Under the pieces are notes generated by a model. It saw only the letters and a list, made by a program, of their open reading frames with translations. It had not been told where the DNA came from and did not search any database. A stretch of 64,000 nucleotides of DNA from Octopus sinensis (Eukaryota): positions 23,436,001 to 23,500,000 of the forward strand of contig NC_043020.1 of assembly GCF_006345805.1 (NCBI RefSeq). Direction: 5' to 3'. Numbering within the stretch: the first letter of the stretch is position 1; the number at the start of each line of letters is the position of its first letter. Below, piece by piece: positions 25,271 to 38,310 of this stretch. The translations under genes were made by a program, and so were the position numbers.

Positions 25271-26857
25271 CCATTATATATCTCTATTGAAACGCTAGAA
25301 ATATAAATATCCTTGCTTCGAGAGTTTATTAAACGGAGCCGTGGATCTGTCCCAAATTTCCCAATAGGGTATTGAATTGGAATGCAGCCAGGCTAAATTA
25401 AATCTCTGTATTGAATGTATTGGAGAAACAAATTGACTGATTTTGTTCAAGGAGCTGCAAGTATTGACATATTGCTCCATTCCCCGGACTGGGATTATAA
25501 AAGCTGTTCTGTAAGAACCATAACACGTTTTCATGGAGTTTTTCTTTGGATTAATATCTTGCTGACACAGAATCGTTAGAACATCAGGAAAATGCCCAGT
25601 AGTATTTACTTGTAATAGTTTTAGATACTTGGTTCAAATTATCCATATGTGAATCGATAAAATAATGTATCATCGGATCATTGCCCATCGATAAAATCGA
25701 TAGAAGGCAAAACCTGTGAAAATGTAATATATTTAGAATCTAAAGCAATGACAATTTTTTTCATCGCAGGAAAGAGTTGTTTGGTACAAATGTTACACCA
25801 AATGATGTAACGAGAAATTATGCGGTCATTTAAACTGCAAAAAGGTAGCAGCGAAATCTTCAAATTACACTCACCTATTTGCGATTTAATTAAAGATAGA
25901 GTTTTTGATATATCTAAACTGTTTTTAGCTTTTCCCAGTTCTTCAATGCCTATTGCTTTGACGTATTCTTTACCATTCTCTATTAGAATAGACATGTCCT
26001 TTCATGTTGTGCCTGTTTTAATCCAAGGATCCAAGGACTCTTCTAAGGTGCGTTCTGTAAACAGCTAATCGAGGAAAGCCTTGCGAATGAAATTTGGCAC
26101 GAAACGAATTCTGTGGATGTGAGACAAATAACTGGTAGGTAACTGTCTTTCTATGTCGGTAGACTTAATAATTCACTCATATGAACATCAAAGCTTCACC
26201 TTTACGTACCTTTAACAAAATTCACCTTGTTGAAAGCATTCGATGAAGGTACCCGATCTAACAACGATTCCCTCTGTTCTGTCATTTTTCTCGGAAATTC
26301 TGAAATCTATCATAGGTGCTGCAGTGCCTAATTAAACGGGATAGCGGTAAATAGTCATGAAAAAATCAAGTTCATTACAATGAGTATGGAAATAAATATT
26401 TGGGCAGTCATGCAAGGAATAAATTTCATTCTAGTTCGATTGAATCATGACTGATTTGTACGCTAAGCATTAACAACGTTCAAATCCTAGGCGAGAAAAT
26501 GGCAGAGTTTTTAGAGTGGATGGTGTAATGCTTTGCGGTATTTAATTGCACTGTATACTTACTGCCTTTTATAGCAATGATTGCCTGGAGCAAACACTTA
26601 CAAGAGTTACACATTATTCAGAGGCAGATGGTGTAAATTAATACGTCAAATTATTTACATTGCCGCTTCAATCTTGCTCTTCAAATCACGGTACATTTCC
26701 TATAACCAGAATATAAAGAGTTCAATGTTTCTTCCAAATCTTTTACGTTGAATCATAAAAATGTCACACGTTGGTGTTGTGGTTGAAGTTATTGAATTAA
26801 TATTTCTGATGTTTTCATTCAATTCTTGATTATTATTTTTCTTTTAAGTTCCAACAA

Positions 26858-26985
26858 AGTGACACTGATGTACAAATATACGAAGCCCAATATACCCATC
26901 ATGACTACCCGTCTGATATGACTACCCGTCTGATAAGGGTACACAAGGCACATTCATCACAACCACTTTTACACGACATCGCGAT
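26858..26985 (-). mobile_element. Fragment of the ~545-bp TAA-associated element
   Basis: AAAGTGACACTG..AATATACGAAGCCCA.TATACCCATCATGACTACCCGTCTGAT is the reverse complement of about 48640-48755, with a local ~17-bp duplication. Confidence 0.8.
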
Positions 26986-27033
26986 CTTATATCAAGAAAA
27001 ACAGCAGAGTCCAACTGACGCAGTTATACTGAT

Positions 27034-27276
27034 AAGGCGGCGAGCTGGCAAAAACGTTAGCACGCCGGGTGAAATGCATAGCCGTATTTCGTCTGTCGCT
27101 ACGTTCTGAGCTCAAATTCCGCCGAGGTCGACTTTGCATTTCATCCTTTCGGGGTCGATAAATTAAGTACCAGTTACACACTGGGGTCGATATAATCGAC
27201 TTAATCCGCTTGTCTGTCCTTGTCTGTCCTTCTTTGTCCCCTCTTTGTTTAGCCCCTTGTGGATAGTAGAGAAATA
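27034..27276 (+). mobile_element. SINE A, full length
   Basis: Matches the copies at 1643 and 2721. Confidence 0.9.
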
Positions 27277-28679
27277 TATACTGTGTAGTCGACAAAATTT
27301 AAACAATGCGTGATATCAAAAATATAAAATGGCTATAATTTACCCATCTCACACTGTATATATCATTAGGATTCTGACAACTGCTGTTCTTATAGAACAA
27401 ACATATGCCCGAGAAAGAATGCCAGAAGCATTTTACCTGTGATTAGGAAATTTATCTGATATAGCTTGTTGGCAAAGTAATACGTGACAAAGATCTCTTT
27501 TGAATTATCTTATCCAAGCAAGCAAGAAAAAGAAAAAGAAATCCTACAAAAGGATCAAAGTTACTCAAAAATATATTACAGCAGGCAGTGCTTTGTTATA
27601 TGATGTATATCCTACAGAGTGGCCTCCAGCTAAATATACAATATACATGTTATAACAAAACTCGTTTATGATGCTCGATAATGTGTATATAGAGAATAGA
27701 TTGAATTATAAACAGTACCGATCTCAAATTATATTTTTATATTCGGAATTTATTTTCCCAATTTATGACTGTTGTACTTATATTTAATGTTTGTTCGTGC
27801 GAAATATAGACTTACGCAGAATATGGGATTTGATTATACAAGTGTAAAGGAATATACATTTTCATAGGACTTTGAACTCTTGTTAATTTTCCGGTGATGA
27901 CCAGACTCTCCCCTATTTTCTTATCGTTCCCATTCTATTTCCTAAAATTCACATCTTGGAAGATGTTGTGCCGAACGTCATTGACATCCCAGGGGAATTG
28001 GAAGAATGAAAAAGCCGAACTCTTATAAAGAGTAGAGGTCGATAGTAGTCGGTAACGGAGATCATTTTGTAGTCTCGCCAGTAATTTATATATCCAACGT
28101 GTACCAAAGATATAAAATGAGGCCACCAGCCCTTGTGAGAAAATGTGTTTACTTACAAATACGTTGATGTTTAGGAACGAGAAGAATGGGAAACAAAAGA
28201 AGTGAAGAAAAGAAGAAAAAAGAAAGAAAAGAAAAGAGAAAAATAAGTTGTAATGAAATTTCAATGGGTTGACCACATCATATTGAAAAGAAACTTTTCT
28301 CGCCCTCCCTCTCTCTTTCTCTCTCTCCCTATCTGTCTGTTTCTCTGTTTGTCTATCTTTATATCAACCTACCTTTCTCCATCCATTATTATTTTTCCTC
28401 CTTTCTTTATTGTCCTGAATTTCCTCTCTTCCTCTCCCTGTCTCTATTTGCTCATCTCTTTATTTTTCTTTCTCTCTTCTCATCACAAAAAAAAAAAAAT
28501 AATAATTTTCTCGCCTTCCAAACAAATCAAAAAACATCCGATTCATATAAATGAACAACGAAACGTTCCGTTTTTACCATTCTGATTTTGTTTTCAAGAG
28601 TTCGATAAACGAACGTAAGCGCCAGTAAAGAATCATCCACCATTCTGACTGCCTCCTATTTCTCATATATATATAGGGA

Positions 28680-28870
28680 GAGTTTACGAAAAAAACAAAA
28701 GACGAAAACAGGTGGTGTACAAAACAAACAGATGTATTAGTATAATGCTCAGGAATAGAGAAAGTCTTTTTACGTTTCAAGCCGACGCTTTTCTACAGAA
28801 AGGGACACAGAAAAAACAAGGAGAGAAAAATGTGTGTAGTGGCTAACGATCTATCATGGCGACTATGTAT
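28680..28870 (-). mobile_element. Penelope-like terminal fragment with a degenerate hammerhead-like motif
   Basis: Minus strand CTGTAGA AAAGCGTCGGCTT GAAACGTA has the same layout as the motifs at 51051 and 62557. Confidence 0.45.
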
Positions 28871-28986
28871 TTCAAAAGGAAACTTTTCTCTTTCCGTTTA
28901 TTGTTGATGAACAGGCTTTCTTCAAGCATGCACATTTGTGTCATAAAAGAATGCACTGCATTCTTGCATTGACAAACAATATATTT

Positions 28987-28989
<3 letters not shown>

Positions 28990-29043
<54 letters not shown>

Positions 29044-29145
29044 ATTATTATTTATTATTATTATTATTATAATTATTATTATTATTATAATTATTATTAT
29101 TATTATATTATCATTATTATTATTATATTATTATTATTATTATTA

Positions 29146-29190
<45 letters not shown>

Positions 29191-29230
29191 CATTATTATT
29201 ATTATTATTATTGTTATGATTTTTATTATT
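28990..29230. repeat. (TA)n followed by (TTA)n
   Basis: Direct reading. Confidence 0.95.
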
Positions 29231-29682
29231 ATATATTGAGAGACAAGACTAAAATACAAATATGAAAACATTACATGTCAGAAAGGCCATAAAAACAAAA
29301 TAATTTTTTTTTTCCTTTTAATTTTAAACGAATCACTTTTTGCTCACAACTATAAATGCCAAAAAAAAAACCCGACTCAGCTAGAGCAGCGAGTTTGAAA
29401 GAGATGATAAAAACTTCAAAAATTGAATAAATGAATAAAGGGAACTCCAGTGGTAAAAGAAGTAATTTATTATTTATAATAGAATTATTTTTAAAAAGTT
29501 AATGTTTCGTTGATACATATAAAATATTTGTTATTGGGAGAAATTTCTTTCTTTTGCAGTCAACTTTCCCTCTTTTAATTTTTGTAAGAGTTAAAATGTT
29601 AAATATTTCGGTCGTATGTTTATACCGTGCACATTAAATGATACAAATATAAGTGTATACAAACACACACACACACGCAGTC

Positions 29683-29851
29683 TTTTACTTGTTTCAGTCA
29701 TTTGACTGCGGCCATGCTGGAGCATCACCTTTAGTCGAGCAAATCGTCCCCAGGACTTGTTCTTTGTAAGCCTAGTACTTATTCTATCGCTCTCTTTTGC
29801 CGAACAGCTAAGTTACGGGGACGTAAACACATCAGCATACATATATATATA

Positions 29852-29884
<33 letters not shown>

Positions 29885-30288
29885 AAAAGGAAATGAAGAA
29901 AATGCTGACAAATAATTGAAGTAATTTAAGTAATTTAATTAGGTGAAAGTTCTTTTTACCGGTTGCGCATTTGTTATGCTTATCAAAATATAAAAGGGAG
30001 ATTAGAGTTCCTTTCTTATAGAATTTTCCTCTTATCAGATAAGAGGAAAAATTCTATAAGAAAGGAACTCTAATCTCTCTTTTATATTTTGATAAGCATA
30101 ACAAATGCGCAACCGGTAAAAAGAACTTTCACCTAATTAAATTACTTAAATTACTTCAATTATTTGTCAGCATTTTCTTCATTTCCTTTTTTATATATCA
30201 CCACTCGTGTTCGACATCTCCTTTTTTTAAATATATATATATATATATATAATATATATGCTTCGTAAACACACACATTCATACATAC

Positions 30289-30322
<34 letters not shown>

Positions 30323-30544
30323 ATTTATGTATATATATATATATATTATATATATATATACATGCATGTATATATATATATACGACGGGCTTCTTTCAGT
30401 TTCCGTCTACCAAATCCACTCACAGGGCTTTGGTCGGCCCGAGGCTATAGTAGAAGACACTTGCCGAAGGTGCCACGCAGTGGGACTGAACCCGGAACCA
30501 TGTGGTTTGTAAGCAAGCTACTTACCACACAGCCACTCCTACGC

Positions 30545-30546
<2 letters not shown>
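29683..30546 (-). mobile_element. Bipartite SINE family B whose internal microsatellite carries a palindrome
   Basis: 3' half at 29683-29839 and tRNA-like 5' half at 30383-30546, the same order as intact copies at 36620 and 56633. Confidence 0.8.
29880..30196. repeat. Near-perfect ~315-bp palindrome
   Basis: Centre CTTATC-A-GATAAG at 30037; arms of ~157 bp with only a few differences visible (about one substitution and two homopolymer indels). Confidence 0.95.
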
Positions 30547-30594
<48 letters not shown>

Positions 30595-30701
30595 GAGTAA
30601 ACACATAAATGTGAAACAAGGTGGAAAAAAGAGTACTCAAATACCAGTGGTAGAGTAATATGCTCTATTTAGAGTGGTAGAGTAATGTGCTTTAAATAAA
30701 G

Positions 30702-30734
<33 letters not shown>

Positions 30735-32375
30735 TATATATATGTATATATATTGTTATATTTCGGAATGGTCATATTGCCAGTTTAGCCAATAAAGACA
30801 CACGCACTATATATTTGGTGTTATTTTGCTTCAGTGATATCTATTTTTTACATTAATCTTAATCTTATTTCGGCCAGAGTTCTTTCGTCACACTCCTGTG
30901 ACCGCATCAGTGGTCCTTTGTTTTCTTCTTTCTTATTTGTTTGTGTCTCTCCTTACTAACCGTCAGCCATTTTGTATTTCTATTGTATGTCTTCATTTGC
31001 GCATGCTTATATCTCTATGTGCGTCTATGTTTATTTATATATGTATATATATATCTTTTACCGTTTACATGTCTCAGTCGATAGATTGCAGCCATGCTAG
31101 GGTGCCGCCTTGAATTTTTAGTCGAACGAATCGACTAAAGCTTGCGTTCTTGTCCCAATTTTAGAATTCCTTTTTATATAAATACAGCGGCGTACGTACA
31201 CTTTGTTCTCTTATACATATATTTGTTCTGTACTTATCTCTCGCATGTTTATGTAATTTTCGCTCATTGACGATGTCCTGTACTTAATGTGTATTTATAA
31301 ATATATGTGTGTATCTGTGTATCTATGTATTATATATATATGGGTGCATAGATATTTAAATAATCATATCTAAATTTCTGCATATGCATACTCTTTGTAT
31401 ATGTATGTGCGTGTGTACGTATATATTTTGTGTACACATATATATATGCGTGTGTACATATGTGTCTTGTACGTATATATGTATATATTGTGCCTGTGTA
31501 CGTATACATCTTGTGTACACATATATATGTGTACGTATATATCTATATGTGTGTATGTGTGCTTATGTACGAATTTGTATCCGAGAGTATCTGTCATAAA
31601 CACGACCTAAAGAAATATATAAAAATGTTCTTTATATGTGAATTTCCTGTGTACATTTGTGCGTATGTACGCTTGGGTGTCTTTTGTGTGTGTGTTCGCG
31701 AGTGTATATACATGCATGTGTGTATATGTGTCTGTGTGCGTGTATGTATATGTGCATATGCATGTGTATGAGTGTATGTGTATGTGTATTCGAGTGTATG
31801 CGCATGTGTATTAGAAGTGAACGAAGAAAGAGGAATAGTAGAAAAGATTGTTGAATAGTTGAGTAAATAATATATCATTTTAATTTCCATCTTTCCAGAA
31901 CATGTAGAAGAAAGCAATCGCAGACAAATATACAAACGCAGCAGTGGCGATGACGCTAGAGCGATGACGCTAGAGCGATGACGCATTTCGCCCGGCGTGC
32001 TAACGCTTCTGCCAGGTCACGGTCTTTTTAAAAAGCCAACCTCAGTGGTACTCAAAACCGTAGGAAATGCCGGTAAGTATTGTGATTGATACGTTAACGA
32101 TTCTGCCATCTCCCCGCCTATTTCACAGTATATGTTAAAGCAATAAGAAGAATTATTTACTTCAGCAGGAGAATATAAGATATTGTAAAATATGATATCG
32201 AATATAAGGGGTAATTAAATTAGAGGTATACTAAATGTATAAGGGAGTACATTCGGACGGGATACCTAAGTTAATTTGGGCATGTAAATATTTAATGAAT
32301 ATTGCATGATGAAACAAAATATTAAAATATGGATTCCTATCTGCAGTAACTTATATAAAAAGACCTTACGAAAAA

Positions 32376-32762
32376 TCTATATATATATAAAGCTGAAGTT
32401 GTCTGTGTGTGACAGGTTTGGTAGCCTTCAACTAACACTATCTCCTCCGAGACCCTGCGGCGCAAGTTGACCAAAATTGAGAGTATGATAGATGAAGGCT
32501 TGTTCTTCCTTCTGTAGAAGAAAAATCGGACCATGTTAAGACCAAAAATTATTTACATCAAAAGTGTGCCTTTTTTCTATGAAAATCCCTATTTTTTTAC
32601 GATTTTTTTACTGCTGTGCCGCCATTTTTCGGTGTATTTCAACCAGAAAAAATGTTCACCTAAAGAGAATAATAAGCTACATAAAGCAAAATTTTTACTT
32701 TTCAAGAATTCCTATACTAAAGGGTCGAAACAAACCCGAGCAACGCCGGGCGATACTGCTAG
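32376..32762 (+). mobile_element. Non-autonomous Helitron
   Basis: A|TCTATATATATATAAAG.. at the 5' end; 3' hairpin CCCG-AGCAACGC-CGGG, then CGATACTG-CTAG|T. Inserted between A and T with no TSD. Confidence 0.85.
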
Positions 32763-32904
32763 TTATTCATAAATTACAACCACTAGGAAAGTATATGGAA
32801 GGATATATAAATGTATAAGATAATCAAATATAGATATAAAAAGATTTACAAAATACAATGTATAATTGTAAATATATAATATTGTATTATGCAGTGAGTT
32901 TTAT

Positions 32905-33570
32905 GAAAAGAGATTATAAACACTGTTTAAGTTATATAAGCTACACAGATGTATAAGAGGGTATATAGTAACATAGAAATTTAATAATGTGAAACAAAAA
33001 ATATTAATAATACAAAAATTCTATAGAATTTTCAAAAAGAATTATAGAAATGGTAATTCCTTATAGAATGATATAAAAGTTATAACAGAGTTAAAAGTAA
33101 GTATAAATCAAATAAGTTTTATTTTATAAATTATGATATAAATTATAAATTATATTGATATATTGAAAAGAATGAGATATTATGATAATATATAAAAATA
33201 TGATATTATATGAAAAAAATATAAATATTTGATACATATATTTTTTCTTATATAATATTATAATAATATCACATCTAAGAATTCCTTTCAATATATCAAT
33301 ATAATTTATAATTTGTATCTTAATTTATAAAATAATCTTTATCTGATTTTATCATATTTTGATTTATTCTTACTTTAATCTTTGTTATACCTTTTACACC
33401 ATGTTGTAAGGAAATACCTTTTCTATTATTTTGTAAAGAAATGCATTATAAAATTTTATAAAAATTTTTATATTTTTTATATTTTGTGTTACTAAATTTT
33501 GATATATCTGTATACTCTCTTATACATTTCTGTAGCTTCTATAGCTTATACAGTGTTTATTATCTATTTT
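32905..33570. repeat. Old, diverged AT-rich inverted repeat centred near 33230
   Basis: 33140-33168 is the exact reverse complement of 33286-33314 (29 nt); 32911-32926 pairs with 33550-33565. Confidence 0.75.
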
Positions 33571-33621
33571 CACAAATTTTCACAAATTTCACAATATTAT
33601 ATACACTGTCTCTTTACTCTC

Positions 33622-33790
33622 ACTCTTTTACTTATTTCAGTCATTTGACTGCGGCCATGCTGGAGCACCGCCTTTAGTCGAACAATTCGACCCCAGGACT
33701 TACTCTTTATAAGCCTAGTTCTTATTCTATCGGTCTTTTATGCCTAACCGCTACGTTACGGGGATGTAAACACACCATCATCGGTTGTCA
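33622..33790 (-). mobile_element. SINE B, 3' half
   Basis: TTTCAGTCATTTGACTGCGGCCATGCTGGAGCACCGCC..GTAAACACACCA. Confidence 0.85.
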
Positions 33791-34116
33791 TATAACAATA
33801 CCCTACACGCAGCCATGTATTAATTCTAAATAAGTCAAAAACACAAACAGGTTTCTATACATACACAGAGTTTATTTCAACATAGATATTCGTTATCTGT
33901 AGACAAATCCTTTCGTAGGTGTGCTTTTAAAGTTTTATTCTGACAATAGCTTCTAATGAATGAAACTTTGCGAATGGAACACTGTCTACAAAGATGTCCA
34001 TGAATAGTTTTGTGTAGCGCAAGCAATAGAACAGTAAATGCATTTATACTGATCTAACAGAATAAACATCCATTAAAATAGAGACGGAAGCCATAGTGGT
34101 ATATTGTATGAACCAA

Positions 34117-34521
34117 ATAATTTCTAGGTAATTAAAAAATGTTTAACTTCGTATACTGGTAAAATGTGTTTATAAAACATCTTTTTCTCTTGCCTTTATT
34201 GAGAAACTTCTATAGTTTGTAAGATATTTGTTGTTTGTTTTCTTCAATTTGTGCAATTTCAACCAATCACTGACGTCTATTGAGGTAAACAACATATGTG
34301 CCGTATGAATATGTGCCTCGTTTAAGAAACAGATTGGGTTTATTTACATTTGTGAAGAAAAAAGATACCCTTCCCCCACCCCTAACCCTAACCCTAACCC
34401 TAACTAACCCTAACCTTAAAACAGATTGAAATGCAATAGATCGATTTTAGGGTCATAATTATGGGTGACAATTTCATATGACACCGCTAGAAAAAACTGC
34501 CGTTCAAACCGAAAAGATCCG
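34117..34521 (-). mobile_element. TIR MITE with internal (CCCTAA)n, one TIR missing
   Basis: Reverse complement of the 41099-41524 element; ends AAACCGAAAAGATCCG. Confidence 0.85.
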
Positions 34522-35379
34522 AATTCTATTCCTTCGTCATAAACGTAGTACATTTTAGTAGAAAAAATTTTAGAAGGAAATTAATTCTCATCAACATCAA
34601 ACCAGAAGACTGTAACCAATTCAAGTTAATGAAATGTAAAAACCTCAAAGAATATATTTAAAAAAAAGTGTAAACTTCATAAAATCTGTTACATCGGACA
34701 ATCAGCGATAACACATTATTGGCGGTGTACCATGAAGAGATAAGAAAGAAACCTTTACATTACATCAAAATAAAAACAACAATACACGAAAATGATATAA
34801 AATAAGAGAGAAAAAACAATAGTTGGTGATAGTAACATCCTATACAAACACACACATAGGTAGGAACAAGTGCACACATTCGCACACACAGAGAGAAACG
34901 CATACACAAACGCAGAAACAAAAGCGCATACACACGATTACAAAATGATCGATGGAAGCCGAATAGTAATAAAAATATCATCAAACACATTAAGAACACA
35001 TAAAATAAACCAAGTGATGTGGAAATATGAAATGTTTAATAAATTTAAATGCGGACTTGACAATTTTATAAGCTTCAACAATATTTTCATGATCACCGAT
35101 CACAAAGCGCGTGAATAGTACACTAAATTTTGAGAGGACGGATATAAACTTTTGAAATATACGATAGTAATAAAAGTGGAAATGCTGTCTTTTTATTCTG
35201 TTCTTGAGTGGACAAAAATAAAACAATAATAGTTCCAAATGAAAAATTTACATAGAAGTTACGGCATTATTTTGATTGAAAAATTATGAGTTCAAGCTCG
35301 GTCTCCATTTTGCCATTCACAATACATATTTATATATACATACTTAAATACTCACATGCGTATATATGGATTTAATTAC

Positions 35380-35640
35380 CGACGTCTAGACCACTGTAGG
35401 GCGTGGGCGCCTGCATGTTCTCTTCGCCAACAACGGTTTGTTGTGGAGGCCGTGACTCTGAGCTTGACATCATACTGGTTTAACGAGCCTACTCTGTCAC
35501 ACTGGCTCAACATGCCGGACGAGATAGTGAAAATCTCTCTTGACCAGAAATGGCCTGAACTCTTTGTATGACCCCCAACCCCTGTACATAACTCCCTGTC
35601 CCTCTACATGGCCTTGCTTTTGCTTTTTGAGCCAATAAAA
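35380..35640 (+). mobile_element. Probable LINE 3' end (CR1/L2-like)
   Basis: ..SHWLNMPDEIVKIS resembles the terminal WN.LP..VV motif; AATAAA near 35635. Confidence 0.4.
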
Positions 35641-35713
35641 ATTGAATGGAATTGAAACTGAATAGCAGAGGAAAGCAGTTTTTATGTTCATACTCAGGAA
35701 TAGTTAAGTCAAT

Positions 35714-35787
<74 letters not shown>

Positions 35788-35916
35788 GAAGATATCTTTT
35801 ATAATATTATCAGTGGGTTAGTGTGCTTAAAGAAACCAATAAAGGTAAAACTTATCAATTAATAATTAAGGTGCTGCCTATTAGTATCCTTAATTAATAA
35901 TTGATAATTTTCACAT

Positions 35917-35994
<78 letters not shown>

Positions 35995-36619
35995 GTACAT
36001 ATATATGTATATATATATATATATATACGCGCGTGTATGTCTGTTTGTGTATGTGTGTGTTTAAATGTAACACACACAAACATACATTTATATATTGATA
36101 GACAGACAGACAGACACACACACACACACAGATAGACAGATAGATAAGATAGATAGATATTTCGCTGACGTTGTTTCCGTGTAGTTTCAAAATTATTCAG
36201 CAGTATCTATCAGTGAGGAAAAACAAAATCGCCAAAATGTCTATGACCGATACTTTATTCAGTATACGTTCCCAGTGTTTACACAAACACTGTCTATGAC
36301 AGGATGTCGTTCACAGAGATGACATATAACAGCAATAGTATAGTGTGGTGAAGATACCAGTCCAAGAGCTTCACTTCTTTACGCATATACGTGTGAGTGT
36401 GTGAGTGTGTTTGTGTGTTTATTCATATATGTGTGTGTAAGTTTACATATGTGTGTGTGTTTGTGTATGTGTTTGTGGACGTATATGTATGCATGTTTTC
36501 TTTCTCTTTTTAAATCTAGACTAAACGCAGACGACTTTGCTTGGTAGCAATGTTGTGAAAGTCTTGCAGATTTTTATTGTCCCAGATGTCATGATTATTT
36601 GTAGCCTTTACTATCTTTT

Positions 36620-36839
36620 ACTCTTTTACTTGTTTCAGTCGTTTGACTGCGGCCATGCTGGAGCACCGCCTTTAGTCGAGCAAATTGACCCCAGGACTTA
36701 TTCTTTGTAACTCTAGTACTTATTCTATCGGTCTCTTTTGAAGAACTGGTAAGTTATGGGGACGTAAACACACCAGCATCGGTTGTCAAGCGATGTTGGG
36801 GGACGGGACAAATACAGACACACAAACATATACACCCAC

Positions 36840-36897
<58 letters not shown>

Positions 36898-37058
36898 CTA
36901 TATATATATATATATATATATATATGGGACGGGCTTTTTTCAAGTTTCCTCTACCAAATCCACTCACAAGACACTTGTCCAAGGTGCCACGCAGTGGAAC
37001 TGAACCTGGAACCATGTGGTTCGTAAGCAAGCTACTTACCACACAGCCACTCCTACGC
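36620..37058 (-). mobile_element. SINE B, complete, with internal (TA)n
   Basis: Both halves are present around a TA tract. Confidence 0.9.
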
Positions 37059-37983
37059 CTATGTGGTGTATGAATTAAAGTTCCCTACGCGTGTGTAGTG
37101 TATGAAATAAGGCTTTCCATTCTCTTACCGAGACCGAAAGTTCAGCCATACTCTCCTCCAGATTTCTTGGTATGTATCTTGTTAAAATAGGTATGCGTCC
37201 CCAAAGTCCATCCCCTCCTAACCGTGGTGGGGACGCTGGCAACGGGTAGTGTCAGAGCTATGCCGTCGGTAACTTCGGTTCCTGGTAGGGCCACCGAAGG
37301 CAGATTGGTCTGACATCGAGTGGTATTAGGGCCACAACCTGGCAGACGGGGCTCTGGTGAAAATCCTCGGAGTGTCTGATTCGGCAACCGGCGGCTCCTC
37401 GGTCCTTCTGTCCTTGCGTCTGCGGACAATCTGCGGCAAACAGGATGTTTCCATATGCGGGATTGTTGGGGACCGCTTGTGAAATCCACATATTCTCACG
37501 AAACTTCTTCCATGAGTAGAAGAAGCCGACTCAACTCGCCACAAGTATGAATGTCGCCACAAGTACAAGTAAGTAATAGGTATGAAGCTGAAAGTGCAAC
37601 TTGAGTAATGAATTTGCCAACCGCATATCAGTGGTACATAAATATCTTGTTTCTTTTGTATTTTCCTAACGACATCGGTAACCAGAAAGCAGCGGATTTC
37701 CACAAAAAACACCTTTTTCTTGTGGCCCCCCCATACAAAAATATCTGGGTAGTTTGGTTTTAACTTGATAGCTGATTTAATTTTTTTTTAATCTTCCACT
37801 AATGTTATTTTGGACCAATGTTATTTTCGATCACAAATTCGGCAACATTGTCTGTAGAAGTTTTTTCTGTTCCAGGTTTTCTCAGTACCGCACAATGCGC
37901 TGACTTCAGTACAAGGCTTTGTTAGAAACGAAACCACATCCCATATTCCATAAGGTGAGTCGAGAGCGTAACAAATGGCTGCA

Positions 37984-38083
37984 NNNNNNNNNNNNNNNNN
38001 NNNNNNNNNNNNNNNNNNNNNNNNNNNNNNNNNNNNNNNNNNNNNNNNNNNNNNNNNNNNNNNNNNNNNNNNNNNNNNNNNNN
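37984..38083. other. Assembly gap (100 N)
   Basis: Run of N. Confidence 1.
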
Positions 38084-38310
38084 TCTTTATTGCCCACAAG
38101 AGGCTAAACATAGAGGGGACAAACAAGGACAGACAAAGGGGTTAAGTCGATTACATCGACCCCAGTGCGTAACTGGTGCTTAATTTATCGACCCCGAAAG
38201 GATGAAAGGCAAAGTCGGCCTCGGCGGAATTTGAACTCAGAACGTAGCGGCAGACGAAATACCGCTAAGCATTTCGCTCTGCGTGCTAACCATTCTGCCA
38301 GCTCGCCGCC
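38084..38310 (-). mobile_element. SINE A, full length; its tail abuts the gap
   Basis: Reverse complement of the SINE A consensus. Confidence 0.9.

Noticed and set aside
27935-28276. Minus-strand 113-aa ORF or possible exon after a T/C-rich tract
   Set aside because: No recognisable motif, low-complexity N-terminus, weak donor site.
34378-34418. (CCCTAA)n as a telomere or chromosome fusion site
   Set aside because: It lies inside a MITE also present at 41099.
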